DNA from: Candidatus Firestoneibacteriota bacterium | Lineage (GTDB): Bacteria > Oederibacteriota > D2-FULL-39-29 > JBDRBU01 | NCBI GenBank assembly: GCA_043822305.1 | Contig: JBDRBU010000019.1 | Location: forward strand, 1 to 27,681 | DNA length: 27,681 bases | Direction: 5' to 3' | Shown: positions 1 through 7,148 of the stretch, in pieces | Position numbering within the stretch: the first letter of the stretch is position 1 | Layout of the letters: every line of letters begins with the position of its first letter | The notes under the pieces: generated by a model | Database searches by the model: none | What the model saw: the letters and a program-made list of their open reading frames with translations, nothing else | What the model was told of the DNA's origin: nothing | Position numbers and translations under genes: made by a program

Positions 1-50
1 GATGAACAGAAATTGATCACCTCCTCTATTTTAAGATTTGATAACATCAT
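1..50 (-). CDS. Partial ORF (MMLSNLKIEEVINFCS...) running off the window edge; possible IS21 passenger gene
   Basis: ATG at 50-48 overlaps the TGA of the upstream 34-aa ORF (ATGA overlap). AAGGAAG lies just upstream. The frame is open to the window edge, but only 16 codons are visible. Confidence 0.35.
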   Translation of the reverse strand, partial: MMLSNLKIEEVINFCS

Positions 51-151
51 TTAAACTTCCTTTTTGAAAAGTAAAAATCAATTATATCCTCTTCACCAAT
101 CATTCTTGCCTTCTCATTTCGCTTTATTTCAATTATTTTTACCCTATCCAT
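47..151 (-). CDS. Small hypothetical protein, 34 aa (MDRVKIIEIKRNEKARMIGEEDIIDFYFSKRKFK)
   Basis: Starts 20 nt after the istB stop, with a GGGGGT SD-like sequence upstream. Purine-rich like istAB. Its stop is coupled to the next ORF by ATGA. Below the length cut-off of the ORF track. Confidence 0.4.
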   Translation of the reverse strand: MDRVKIIEIKRNEKARMIGEEDIIDFYFSKRKFK

Positions 152-171
152 ACTTTCTATACCCCCACAAC

Positions 172-915
172 TTATAACTTATCTACTCCCTTCTTCAAAT
201 TCTTTGCTCTGTAACTTGCTCCATTTATTTTTATTATTGTTGAATAATGAACTACTCTGTCTAATATTGCTGAGGCTAATATATTATCTGCAAATATCTC
301 TCCCCATTGCTCAAATATTTTATTCGTTGTAATAATTGTAGATCCTCTTTCGTATCTTTTAGAAATTATTTCAAAAAAATCATCAGCACTATAATTTGGT
401 ATCTTCTTAAATCCCAATTCATCAAGAATTAACAAATCAGGCACTAAATACATCCTAACCTTTTGATAATAACTATTATCTGCCTTAGACATTTGTAAAA
501 CCTGCAACATCTCTGACACTGAAACAAATAATATTTTATATCCTTTCATCAATGCTTTTATCCCTATCCCTATAGACAAATGGCTCTTCCCTGTCCCAGG
601 ATTCCCTACAAATACTATATTCCTCTTCTCCTTAATGAAATTACATGTTAAACAATCATTAACCACTCTTTTATCTATTGAAGGCTGAAATGAAAAATCA
701 AAATCTTCTATCGTTTTATATACAGGTAGTCTTGCCTTAGAATATCTCTTCTTATAACCGTTCTCCCTCCTATTATTAGATTCATCCTCTAATAACAATT
801 CTAAAAATTCCTCATACGATAATTTCTTTTCTTTAGCATAAGCCATTCTCTCCTCTATGCTATTATTTATCCCGGCTAATTTAAATTCTTTTAATTTAGA
901 TTTTATAATGTTCAT
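172..915 (-). CDS. istB: IS21-family helper AAA+ ATPase IstB
   Basis: Walker A GNPGTGKS, Walker B LLILDELG, and STIITTN / AILDRVVH / GASYR motifs. Start placed at ATG 915 after a GGAGGG SD. Overlaps the istA 3' end by 20 nt. Confidence 0.95.
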   Translation of the reverse strand: MNIIKSKLKEFKLAGINNSIEERMAYAKEKKLSYEEFLELLLEDESNNRRENGYKKRYSKARLPVYKTIEDFDFSFQPSIDKRVVNDCLTCNFIKEKRNIVFVGNPGTGKSHLSIGIGIKALMKGYKILFVSVSEMLQVLQMSKADNSYYQKVRMYLVPDLLILDELGFKKIPNYSADDFFEIISKRYERGSTIITTNKIFEQWGEIFADNILASAILDRVVHYSTIIKINGASYRAKNLKKGVDKL

Positions 916-2314
916 CTTTTCCCTCCACAAAATTAAATTCTACAGGTAATGCATAACTTCCATTACTGCAAATATTTTTTATTATATTGTACTGAGGAGC
1001 ATTATATGCTATCGCTCTCTTACACGCCATATTGATTACATCATTAGGATATTCCTTCGCTAACGACAAAATCCCTTTTACAGTTCTTCCCCAATCATTT
1101 GGATGATTTTGTACAATTAAAAAAAATATCTGTTCTGCATATGCTCCTAAATCCCTTGTTTTTACTTGATATTTCTCCTGCATCTCTGTATTTGAATACA
1201 TCTTGTATTTAGGGTAATGACTTTCATTAGTACTAAAATTACCTCTCCCTTCTAAATGGGAATGAATAGCTATTAATTTCCCTTTATGGAAAATCTTTAA
1301 TATCTTGTTATTCAATTTTATCCATACCTCTTCTCCAATATATTCAAATGGAACTGAATAATAATTATACTCAACATAAATATGACAATCATGATATACC
1401 AATCTCGTCCCAACTTTTGGCATCTTAAATCTTTCTAAAGGTAAAAATCTTAATTTCTCTTTTTCTTCTGCATCAAACACTTCATTTGGGATTTTTCTCG
1501 TTGTCCCATGCACTCTATTATTTCCCTTTTCATTCCAATTCCTAAACTGTCTATCTAAATCATCCCCATCTACAAAACTTCGACCTAAGAAAAAATTGCA
1601 TTCGGCATACTTTATCCCTGATTCTACTTTACCTTTATCATTCGGCCTATATATTCTACAAGTGATAGGTTTAAATCCATAATAATCTGCAAAACTTTTA
1701 TACAAACTCTGATAGATTGGTTCATAAAAACTAGCTTTTAACACAGCCGCCTTTAAATTGTCTATCTTTACATATGCGGGAACCCCACCAAAATAATTAA
1801 ATGCATTTATATGACATTCTATAAAAGTCTCTGCTCTCTGGTCATATACCTTTTCATAATAATCTTTTCTGGAATAACTTAATCTCATATTAAATATCCA
1901 TGTCTTTCTTCTTTTACCATTATTATCTAATGTGAGACCTACATAACCAAAATCAACTTGAGCTTCTTCTCCTGGTTTTGTGTGAATTCTAACAAAAACA
2001 TCTTCTCTCTTTTTAATATCTGCTATGTAATCTTTTACTGTGGAATGTCCAGCCTTTACCCCTAAACTTGTTAATTCTTCAAAAATACGTACTCCCGTTA
2101 AATCTTTTTCTAACCATTCTAAAATTTTATCCCTATACGGATCCAGTTTTCTTGAATATGATTTCTCTACTGGACATTCTTTCCCTGCCTCTATCTCTTT
2201 AATCCTTTTATCTATCGTTTTCCAATCATGTCCCGTTAATTCTGCTACTTTTTTTTTACTTCTGTATCTTTCCCATAAAGTCTTTATTGTAATGAATTCA
2301 GCCATGTTTATCAT
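896..2314 (-). CDS. istA: IS21-family DDE transposase IstA
   Basis: N-terminal HTH. DDE motifs PGEEAQVDFG, KIDNLK, KGKVE. C-terminal NYYSVP beta-domain. GGAGG/AAGGAG SD. Lies directly upstream of istB. Confidence 0.95.
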   Translation of the reverse strand: MINMAEFITIKTLWERYRSKKKVAELTGHDWKTIDKRIKEIEAGKECPVEKSYSRKLDPYRDKILEWLEKDLTGVRIFEELTSLGVKAGHSTVKDYIADIKKREDVFVRIHTKPGEEAQVDFGYVGLTLDNNGKRRKTWIFNMRLSYSRKDYYEKVYDQRAETFIECHINAFNYFGGVPAYVKIDNLKAAVLKASFYEPIYQSLYKSFADYYGFKPITCRIYRPNDKGKVESGIKYAECNFFLGRSFVDGDDLDRQFRNWNEKGNNRVHGTTRKIPNEVFDAEEKEKLRFLPLERFKMPKVGTRLVYHDCHIYVEYNYYSVPFEYIGEEVWIKLNNKILKIFHKGKLIAIHSHLEGRGNFSTNESHYPKYKMYSNTEMQEKYQVKTRDLGAYAEQIFFLIVQNHPNDWGRTVKGILSLAKEYPNDVINMACKRAIAYNAPQYNIIKNICSNGSYALPVEFNFVEGKDEHYKI

Positions 2315-2355
2315 CTCCTTTACCTCCCAATGTATTTTACCAATTTACATCGGGA

Positions 2356-2420
2356 TATGGAATTGTTTCCCTATGGAATTTTCTTCGGCTTTTACTATGG
2401 AATTTCTTTCGGCTTTGAGG
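2356..2420 (-). repeat. IS21 terminal region with repeated transposase-binding motifs
   Basis: CTATGGAATTTTCTTCGGCTTT (2371-2392) and CTATGGAATTTCTTTCGGCTTT (2395-2416) repeat with a 24-bp period. A third partial TATGGAATT lies at 2356-2364. Multiple subterminal repeats are typical of IS21. Confidence 0.8.
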
Positions 2421-2551
2421 CTTTAAAATACTTACGCTACTATAACGAACAAAGACCCCATATGGCTATTGATATGCTTACTCCTTTACAAAAATTACGC
2501 TCTTTCAAAAATCTTGAAAATGTAAATTTATCCTATAGGTGTTTATTATGA
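2420..2551 (+). pseudogene. 3' remnant of an IS481/IS3-type (rve integrase core) transposase interrupted by the IS21 element
   Basis: Translates as ALKYLRYYNEQRPHMAIDMLTPLQKL..., matching the YN-x2-RPH-x5-6-TP signature at the end of rve transposases. It begins right at the IS21 end. Confidence 0.75.
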
Positions 2552-2565
2552 TTGAAATTAATACA
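2540..2565 (+). repeat. Candidate right terminal inverted repeat of the IS481-like element
   Basis: TGTTTATTATGATTGAAATTAATACA overlaps the remnant's stop codon and ends in ACA. IS481 elements end TGT...ACA. The partner IR is not in the window. Confidence 0.5.
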
Positions 2566-2688
2566 AAAACACAAAAAAATTTATTAATTATTTAACATCT
2601 AAAGTAATGATTACTAGTAAATACATTCATTTATTGGATGGTCCAAAAGCACCCCAAAAACCTCTTAAGATGCTTTTTACTCTAAAAT

Positions 2689-2710
2689 AATTTGTCGTAA
2701 ATTTGTCGTA
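2689..2710. repeat. Perfect 11-bp tandem direct repeat (AATTTGTCGTA x2); candidate integrase arm-type sites
   Basis: Directly visible in the sequence, about 300 bp from the tRNA fragment. The function is inferred. Confidence 0.5.
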
Positions 2711-2876
2711 GTTTTGTTGTTCACTCCGGCCACTTTAGTTCACTTTCACCACTCCCATTCACAACTCAAGGCAGCAAAATTCCCTTTGGTAAAATTAAAG
2801 TTGCAAGAAAAATAATGAATATTCTAAACCTGTCTGGAAATTTTCGTAGACAGTTGTAATAAAAACAAATTGAAAA

Positions 2877-2898
2877 ATTAGGCACAGATTAGGAACAG
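2877..2898. repeat. 11-bp tandem direct repeat (ATTAGGCACAG / ATTAGGAACAG); candidate integrase arm-type sites
   Basis: Directly visible with 1 mismatch, about 120 bp from the tRNA fragment. The function is inferred. Confidence 0.5.
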
Positions 2899-3016
2899 AA
2901 CAGGTCGAAAACCATCAAAAATGTTCAAAGTTCTTCAAACATCAAAAACGAGAAAAACCTTTTTATAATTTACATTATCTTTATATTTCAATGATTTTTT
3001 AAAATCATTTTTTCTT

Positions 3017-3055
3017 ATTACGAATCAGCTGTTCTACCAACCGAGCTACATCGAG
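3017..3055 (-). pseudogene. 5' half of a tRNA-Thr(CGT) gene, truncated just after the anticodon loop; probable att scar
   Basis: Minus strand reads CTCGATG-TA-GCTC-GGTTGGTA-GAAC-A-GCTGA-TTCGTAA-T, i.e. acceptor 5' strand, D arm, anticodon stem 5' strand and a loop with CGT. An A-tract follows, with no T arm or acceptor 3' strand. Confidence 0.8.
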
Positions 3056-3072
3056 GATTTTACAGTTTTACC

Positions 3073-3101
3073 TTGCCAATTTCTTCATGATATGGTATTT
3101 T
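3073..3101 (+). promoter_or_regulatory. Sigma70-type promoter of the M28 peptidase gene
   Basis: TTGCCA (3073-3078), 17-bp spacer ending TGG, then TATTTT (3096-3101). The ATG is 7 nt downstream and there is no SD. Confidence 0.55.
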
Positions 3102-3108
3102 ACTTGTT

Positions 3109-4101
3109 ATGAAAAATAAAACAACGACCAAAAAACGAATTATTCGAGCCGTAATTATCATCATTATCGGATTTATCCTGATTAAATATTCCACATACGG
3201 GTTGTGGCCCAGTAAATCAATAAATATAACCAGCAAGAATGAAGATTTAGCTAAAAGACTTAAAAATCATGTTAAAAAACTTTCTAACGATATAGGAGAT
3301 CGCAATATTTTTCTATATGACAAATATGAAGAAGCGGTCAAGTATCTCACCCTGCAATTTAAAAGTTTTGGATATGATGTTCAGTTCCAAACTTTTACTG
3401 CAAGTGAAAGAAAAACAAAAAATATAATGGTCAATAAAATTGGAAGTGAAAAACCAGAAGAAATATTTGTTGTCGGTGCTCATTTTGACACCTGCTTTAA
3501 TCCCGGTGCCGACGATAATGCCAGCGGAATAGCCGGGTTACTTGAATTAGCCAGACTTATAAAAAAAGAAGATATTAAAAGCACAATAAGATTTGTTGCT
3601 TTTTCAAATGAAGAACCGCCGTTCTTTCATACGGGAAATATGGGAAGTAAAGTTTATGCAAAAGAGTTAAAAACAAAAAAAGAAAATGTTAAAGCAGCTC
3701 TTATTATAGAATCAATCGGTTACTATTCCGAAGGGAAAAATTCACAAAAGTATCCTCCGTTTTTTGGTTTGTTTTATCCAAACAAGGGAAATTTTATTGC
3801 CGTTATTGGCAACTTTAGTTCTGGATGGCTTGTTAAGAAAGTTAAAACAAGTTTCAAAAATAATTCCAATTTCCCAATCGAATCAGTGTCTACTTTTGAC
3901 TTCATACCAGGAATTGATTTTTCTGATAACTGGTCGTTCTGGAAGGAAGGTTTTTCTGCTGTAATGATTACAGACACGGCAAATTTCCGCAATCCTAATT
4001 ATCATACCAATAAAGATACTTTCAATACACTGGATTATTATAATATAGCAGAAATTGTAAGCGGGTTTTATACTGTCTTGTGCGAAATTACCAAAAAATA
4101 G
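3109..4101 (+). CDS. M28-family metallopeptidase with N-terminal membrane anchor or signal peptide
   Basis: Zinc-ligand motifs VVGAHFDT, PGADDNASG, FSNEEPP, IESIG and YHTNKDT. Basic then hydrophobic N-terminus. Confidence 0.9.
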   Translation: MKNKTTTKKRIIRAVIIIIIGFILIKYSTYGLWPSKSINITSKNEDLAKRLKNHVKKLSNDIGDRNIFLYDKYEEAVKYLTLQFKSFGYDVQFQTFTASERKTKNIMVNKIGSEKPEEIFVVGAHFDTCFNPGADDNASGIAGLLELARLIKKEDIKSTIRFVAFSNEEPPFFHTGNMGSKVYAKELKTKKENVKAALIIESIGYYSEGKNSQKYPPFFGLFYPNKGNFIAVIGNFSSGWLVKKVKTSFKNNSNFPIESVSTFDFIPGIDFSDNWSFWKEGFSAVMITDTANFRNPNYHTNKDTFNTLDYYNIAEIVSGFYTVLCEITKK

Positions 4102-4116
4102 GTATCTGTCCCTAAT
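4101..4116 (+). repeat. Dispersed GGTGTCTGTCCCTATT-family motif, copy 1
   Basis: GGTATCTGTCCCTAAT overlaps the M28 stop. Similar copies at 12619, 18851 and 25236. Confidence 0.65.
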
Positions 4117-4124
4117 TATCCTAA

Positions 4125-5567
4125 TTATCCTTTTATAACTCCTAATGGTTTTAATTTGGCTACTTTTTTACTTATTCCAGCCATGGTTACCACTTCAACT
4201 ACATCAGAAACATTTTTATATGCGGAAGGCATTTCTTCGGCTAATGTGGACCTCTCAGACGACATAACAATAATTCCTTTTTCTTCCAATTCTTTATCAA
4301 TTCTTCTACCCTTTGCTTCTTTTAATGCAGCTGTCCTGCTTAAAACTCTACCAGCACCATGGCAGGTGCTTCCAAAGGTTTCTTGTAAAGCTAAATCTGT
4401 TCCTACTAAAACAAAAGAGTTTCTACCCATATCGCCAGGAATTAATACAGGTTGACCTACATCGCGATAAATCTCCGGGACTAAATTATGACCTGCTGGA
4501 AAGGCACGAGTAGCACCTTTTCTATGAACACAAACTTTTACCTTTTTCCCATCTACAATATGTTCCTCTATCTTTGCAATATTATGGGCTACATCATAGA
4601 CTAAACTCAACCCCAAACTTTTAGGGTCTTGATGAAGTAGTTTTTCAAATATCCTTCTTGTTAAATGAGTAATTACCTGTCTATTGGCCCAGGCATAATT
4701 TACACCACATGCCATAGCAGAAAAATAATCCATTCCAACTTGAGATTTTACAGGTGCACAACTTAATTGTCTGTCTGGAATATTTATACCAAAACTTTTA
4801 TATTCTTGTGAAAACCTCCTTAAATAATCATCGCATATCTGATAACCAAATCCTCTTGAACCAGTATGGATAAGAATAACAATCATTCCTTTCTCAAGGC
4901 CAAAAGCACATCCCACATTTTCATCGAAAATTTCTTCTACTAAATCAATTTCTAAAAAGTGGTTTCCTGAACCTAATGTTCCAACCTGATCTAATCCTCT
5001 TTCAAATGCTCGACTACTCACCATATCAGGATTAGCATCAGGAAAAATTCCTCCATCCTCAATGGTTTTTAAATCATCTGCACTTCCAAATCCATTTTCT
5101 ACTGCCCATTTAGCACCATTTTTACATAGTTTTTTTAATTCATCCTTATTTAGTTTCCTAATAGCACCTGATGAGCCAACTCCTGATGGAATTCCATTTA
5201 AAAAACCTGTAACTAAATCTTTAATTTTATCTTTAACATCTTCGTAAATTAAATTACTCCTGAGTAAACGAACTCCACAGTTTATATCATATCCAACACC
5301 ACCCGGTGATATAATCCCATGATCACAATCAAAGGCAGCAACTCCACCAATGGAAAAACCATATCCAGAATGTATGTCTGGCATAGCAAGAGAATATTTT
5401 ATTATTCCAGGAAGCATTGCAACATTTACTACCTGTTTAAGCGAATCATCTTTCTCAATATCTTTTAGTAATTTTTCATTAGTATAAATAATCCCATCAA
5501 CATTCATCCCGCCCGTTTTAGGAATTCGCCATTTACATTCACTTATTTTTTCTAATTTTATATCCAT
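4125..5567 (-). CDS. rtcB: RtcB RNA ligase (3'-phosphate/5'-OH), long ~480-aa type
   Basis: Motifs MPDIHSGYGF, GVGYDINCGVRL, GTLGSGNHFLE, IHTGSRG, DVAHN, HRKGATRAF, STCHGAGR and EEMPSAYK. Start placed at ATG 5567 (MDIKLEKI) after GAGGT. Confidence 0.95.
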   Translation of the reverse strand: MDIKLEKISECKWRIPKTGGMNVDGIIYTNEKLLKDIEKDDSLKQVVNVAMLPGIIKYSLAMPDIHSGYGFSIGGVAAFDCDHGIISPGGVGYDINCGVRLLRSNLIYEDVKDKIKDLVTGFLNGIPSGVGSSGAIRKLNKDELKKLCKNGAKWAVENGFGSADDLKTIEDGGIFPDANPDMVSSRAFERGLDQVGTLGSGNHFLEIDLVEEIFDENVGCAFGLEKGMIVILIHTGSRGFGYQICDDYLRRFSQEYKSFGINIPDRQLSCAPVKSQVGMDYFSAMACGVNYAWANRQVITHLTRRIFEKLLHQDPKSLGLSLVYDVAHNIAKIEEHIVDGKKVKVCVHRKGATRAFPAGHNLVPEIYRDVGQPVLIPGDMGRNSFVLVGTDLALQETFGSTCHGAGRVLSRTAALKEAKGRRIDKELEEKGIIVMSSERSTLAEEMPSAYKNVSDVVEVVTMAGISKKVAKLKPLGVIKG

Positions 5568-5614
5568 ACACTTACTTACCTCGTAAGTATTCAGTAAAAG
5601 CCCTCTATTTTTTA

Positions 5615-5638
5615 ATTCCCCCTTAATAAAGGGGGAAT
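5615..5638. repeat. Perfect hairpin ATTCCCCCTT-AATA-AAGGGGGAAT upstream of rtcB (palindromic repeat or terminator)
   Basis: 10-bp stem and 4-nt loop, intergenic. It lacks a clear U-tract on the transcribed strand. Confidence 0.55.
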
Positions 5639-5718
5639 ACAATCCTCACGGCTTTCACTGACTATTTACATTCAAAATTCTGTTAACAAGCAATAAATGA
5701 ATGTTTGACCCTTTATTT

Positions 5719-7080
5719 TTATTTAACTTCTAATTCAACTTTATATGCTGTTAATCCTACAACCTCAACCTTAAATCCCTTAAATTCTAATGTGGATATT
5801 TTTCCGGCTAATGTTGCCGAATCTCCAATAAACGACATATTAAGTAATGCCCTGTTCACAACAAAATACAGTTTATCTACTTGATTTTTATCAGCTACAG
5901 CTGCAAGAGTTTGCTGAATAATATTTAGTTTTTCAAATGTTACATTTGTAACAAGTATATCGTAAATAGCTCCTTTTCTTGTTTCTTCTTTCCATTTTCT
6001 AACTATCTCATCTATAAAGTATGCAGACATTTTTTTGGCAGCATTATCTAATGTTGTTGAAGCCGCAGCATCAGCAGTTATATCCGGCTTCCTATCGGTT
6101 TCTCTTTTTGCAGCAAGCACTTGAGCGGTATCAGTTCTTACAATCCTGGCTACCAAATTTGAAGTTGCACTAACCATTCCAGCCATTTCTTCTCCTCTAT
6201 AAATATCTGTTGTTGCCTCACCTACTATAATTAAATCAGCACCATATTCTAAACCAGCCATGGCCGCAGCAGCATCATTACCTTTTAATGCTGATTTAAG
6301 TTTTTCAGATTCCCTTATCTTTTCTAATTGTGACTGGTCAACCACTGAAAACAAATAATTATTTAAAAATGTTTCTATCATGGATGTTTCTGATACCGGG
6401 ATAGTTGCTTTTTGCCCACCTTTTGTTTCTGTCCAAACTATGACTACCCTTAATTTATCTCTAGATTTATTCCATCTTACCCATTCATCTTTCTCATCAT
6501 CTATTTCATCAAAAGGATTTTTTGTTAAATCTTTGGAACTAAGTTTCTCTAATTTCGATAAAATCACTTCCTGCCCTTCTTTAGAAACATTAACCGTGCC
6601 ATCATATACATTTACATTTGTCTCTCCATCTACACTTACATCCGCTCTATAGGTAGTACCTTTAACAGCCGCCGTAACTTTTGGAGTAACAATCCTGCTC
6701 TCTTGCTTTTTACCCACAGTTTTTTTTACATTCATCCATATCCTTCCAAATAACACTTTCATAGTTGATGTTTCTGTCATTGTATTTTTATCCACTTTAA
6801 TCTCTTCTAAAACAATTGATGTGCTTTCGCCAATTCTGACAATACTTCCTGTCTCTAATTTTAATTCAATTTTTGCACTTTCTCCTGTTTCAATTCTATC
6901 ACCTTCTGTAAGCGCATCACTTAATTTTGCTAGTGTGAATGTTTTTTCACCCTTCTTTTGAATTTTCACTGATCCTTTTAGAAAACTTACAGTTGCTTTC
7001 TTAGCCACATCTGCTTCCACAACATAGCCTACTCCCAACAAAAAAATACTGACTAAAACCATTACTATACTTTTTTTCAT
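5719..7080 (-). CDS. Exported FecR-domain protein with a C-terminal CsgG/FlgT-like alpha/beta domain
   Basis: Signal peptide. FecR pattern GDRIETGE...GSIVRIGE...IVTPKVTAAVKGT...VYDGTV. C-terminal pattern VVDQSQL...YGADLIIVG...ARIVRTDTAQVLA. AGGAGG SD before ATG 7080. Confidence 0.75.
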   Translation of the reverse strand: MKKSIVMVLVSIFLLGVGYVVEADVAKKATVSFLKGSVKIQKKGEKTFTLAKLSDALTEGDRIETGESAKIELKLETGSIVRIGESTSIVLEEIKVDKNTMTETSTMKVLFGRIWMNVKKTVGKKQESRIVTPKVTAAVKGTTYRADVSVDGETNVNVYDGTVNVSKEGQEVILSKLEKLSSKDLTKNPFDEIDDEKDEWVRWNKSRDKLRVVIVWTETKGGQKATIPVSETSMIETFLNNYLFSVVDQSQLEKIRESEKLKSALKGNDAAAAMAGLEYGADLIIVGEATTDIYRGEEMAGMVSATSNLVARIVRTDTAQVLAAKRETDRKPDITADAAASTTLDNAAKKMSAYFIDEIVRKWKEETRKGAIYDILVTNVTFEKLNIIQQTLAAVADKNQVDKLYFVVNRALLNMSFIGDSATLAGKISTLEFKGFKVEVVGLTAYKVELEVK

Positions 7081-7113
7081 GAAGCCTCCTTTTTTCATTA
7101 TTTTTCCAATAGA

Positions 7114-7122
7114 ATTATATCA
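7114..7122 (-). promoter_or_regulatory. Extended -10 promoter (TGaTATAAT) for the FecR-domain gene and possibly rtcB
   Basis: Perfect TGnTATAAT about 35 nt upstream of the start codon. The -35 element is weak. Confidence 0.55.
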
Positions 7123-7148
7123 TTACCTCATATAAAAATCCATTAAAA

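Larger units (their letters stand above)
1..2420 (-). mobile_element. IS21-family insertion sequence (istA-proximal end at ~2420; other end outside the window)
   Basis: istA-istB pair plus multiple terminal repeats at 2356-2416. No matching inverted repeat is seen in 1-171, so the element continues beyond base 1 or has lost that end. Confidence 0.85.

Noticed and set aside
2356..2416. Repeats as a mini CRISPR array
   Set aside because: The period is 24 bp with only a 2-bp gap, there are no spacers and no cas genes. IS21 subterminal repeats explain them.
2330..2551. 73-aa ORF as a real gene
   Set aside because: The first ~30 codons read through the IS21 end. Only the distal part is a transposase remnant.
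3017..5567. Split or intron-containing tRNA-Thr spliced by the neighbouring RtcB
   Set aside because: No 3' half, T arm or group I intron core was seen in the window. The fragment shows decay and lacks an evident promoter. An att scar is simpler.
5568..5642. 25-aa N-terminal extension of RtcB from the ORF track
   Set aside because: It starts at TTG, runs through the hairpin and has no SD. ATG 5567 has a GAGGT SD and fits the family N-terminus.
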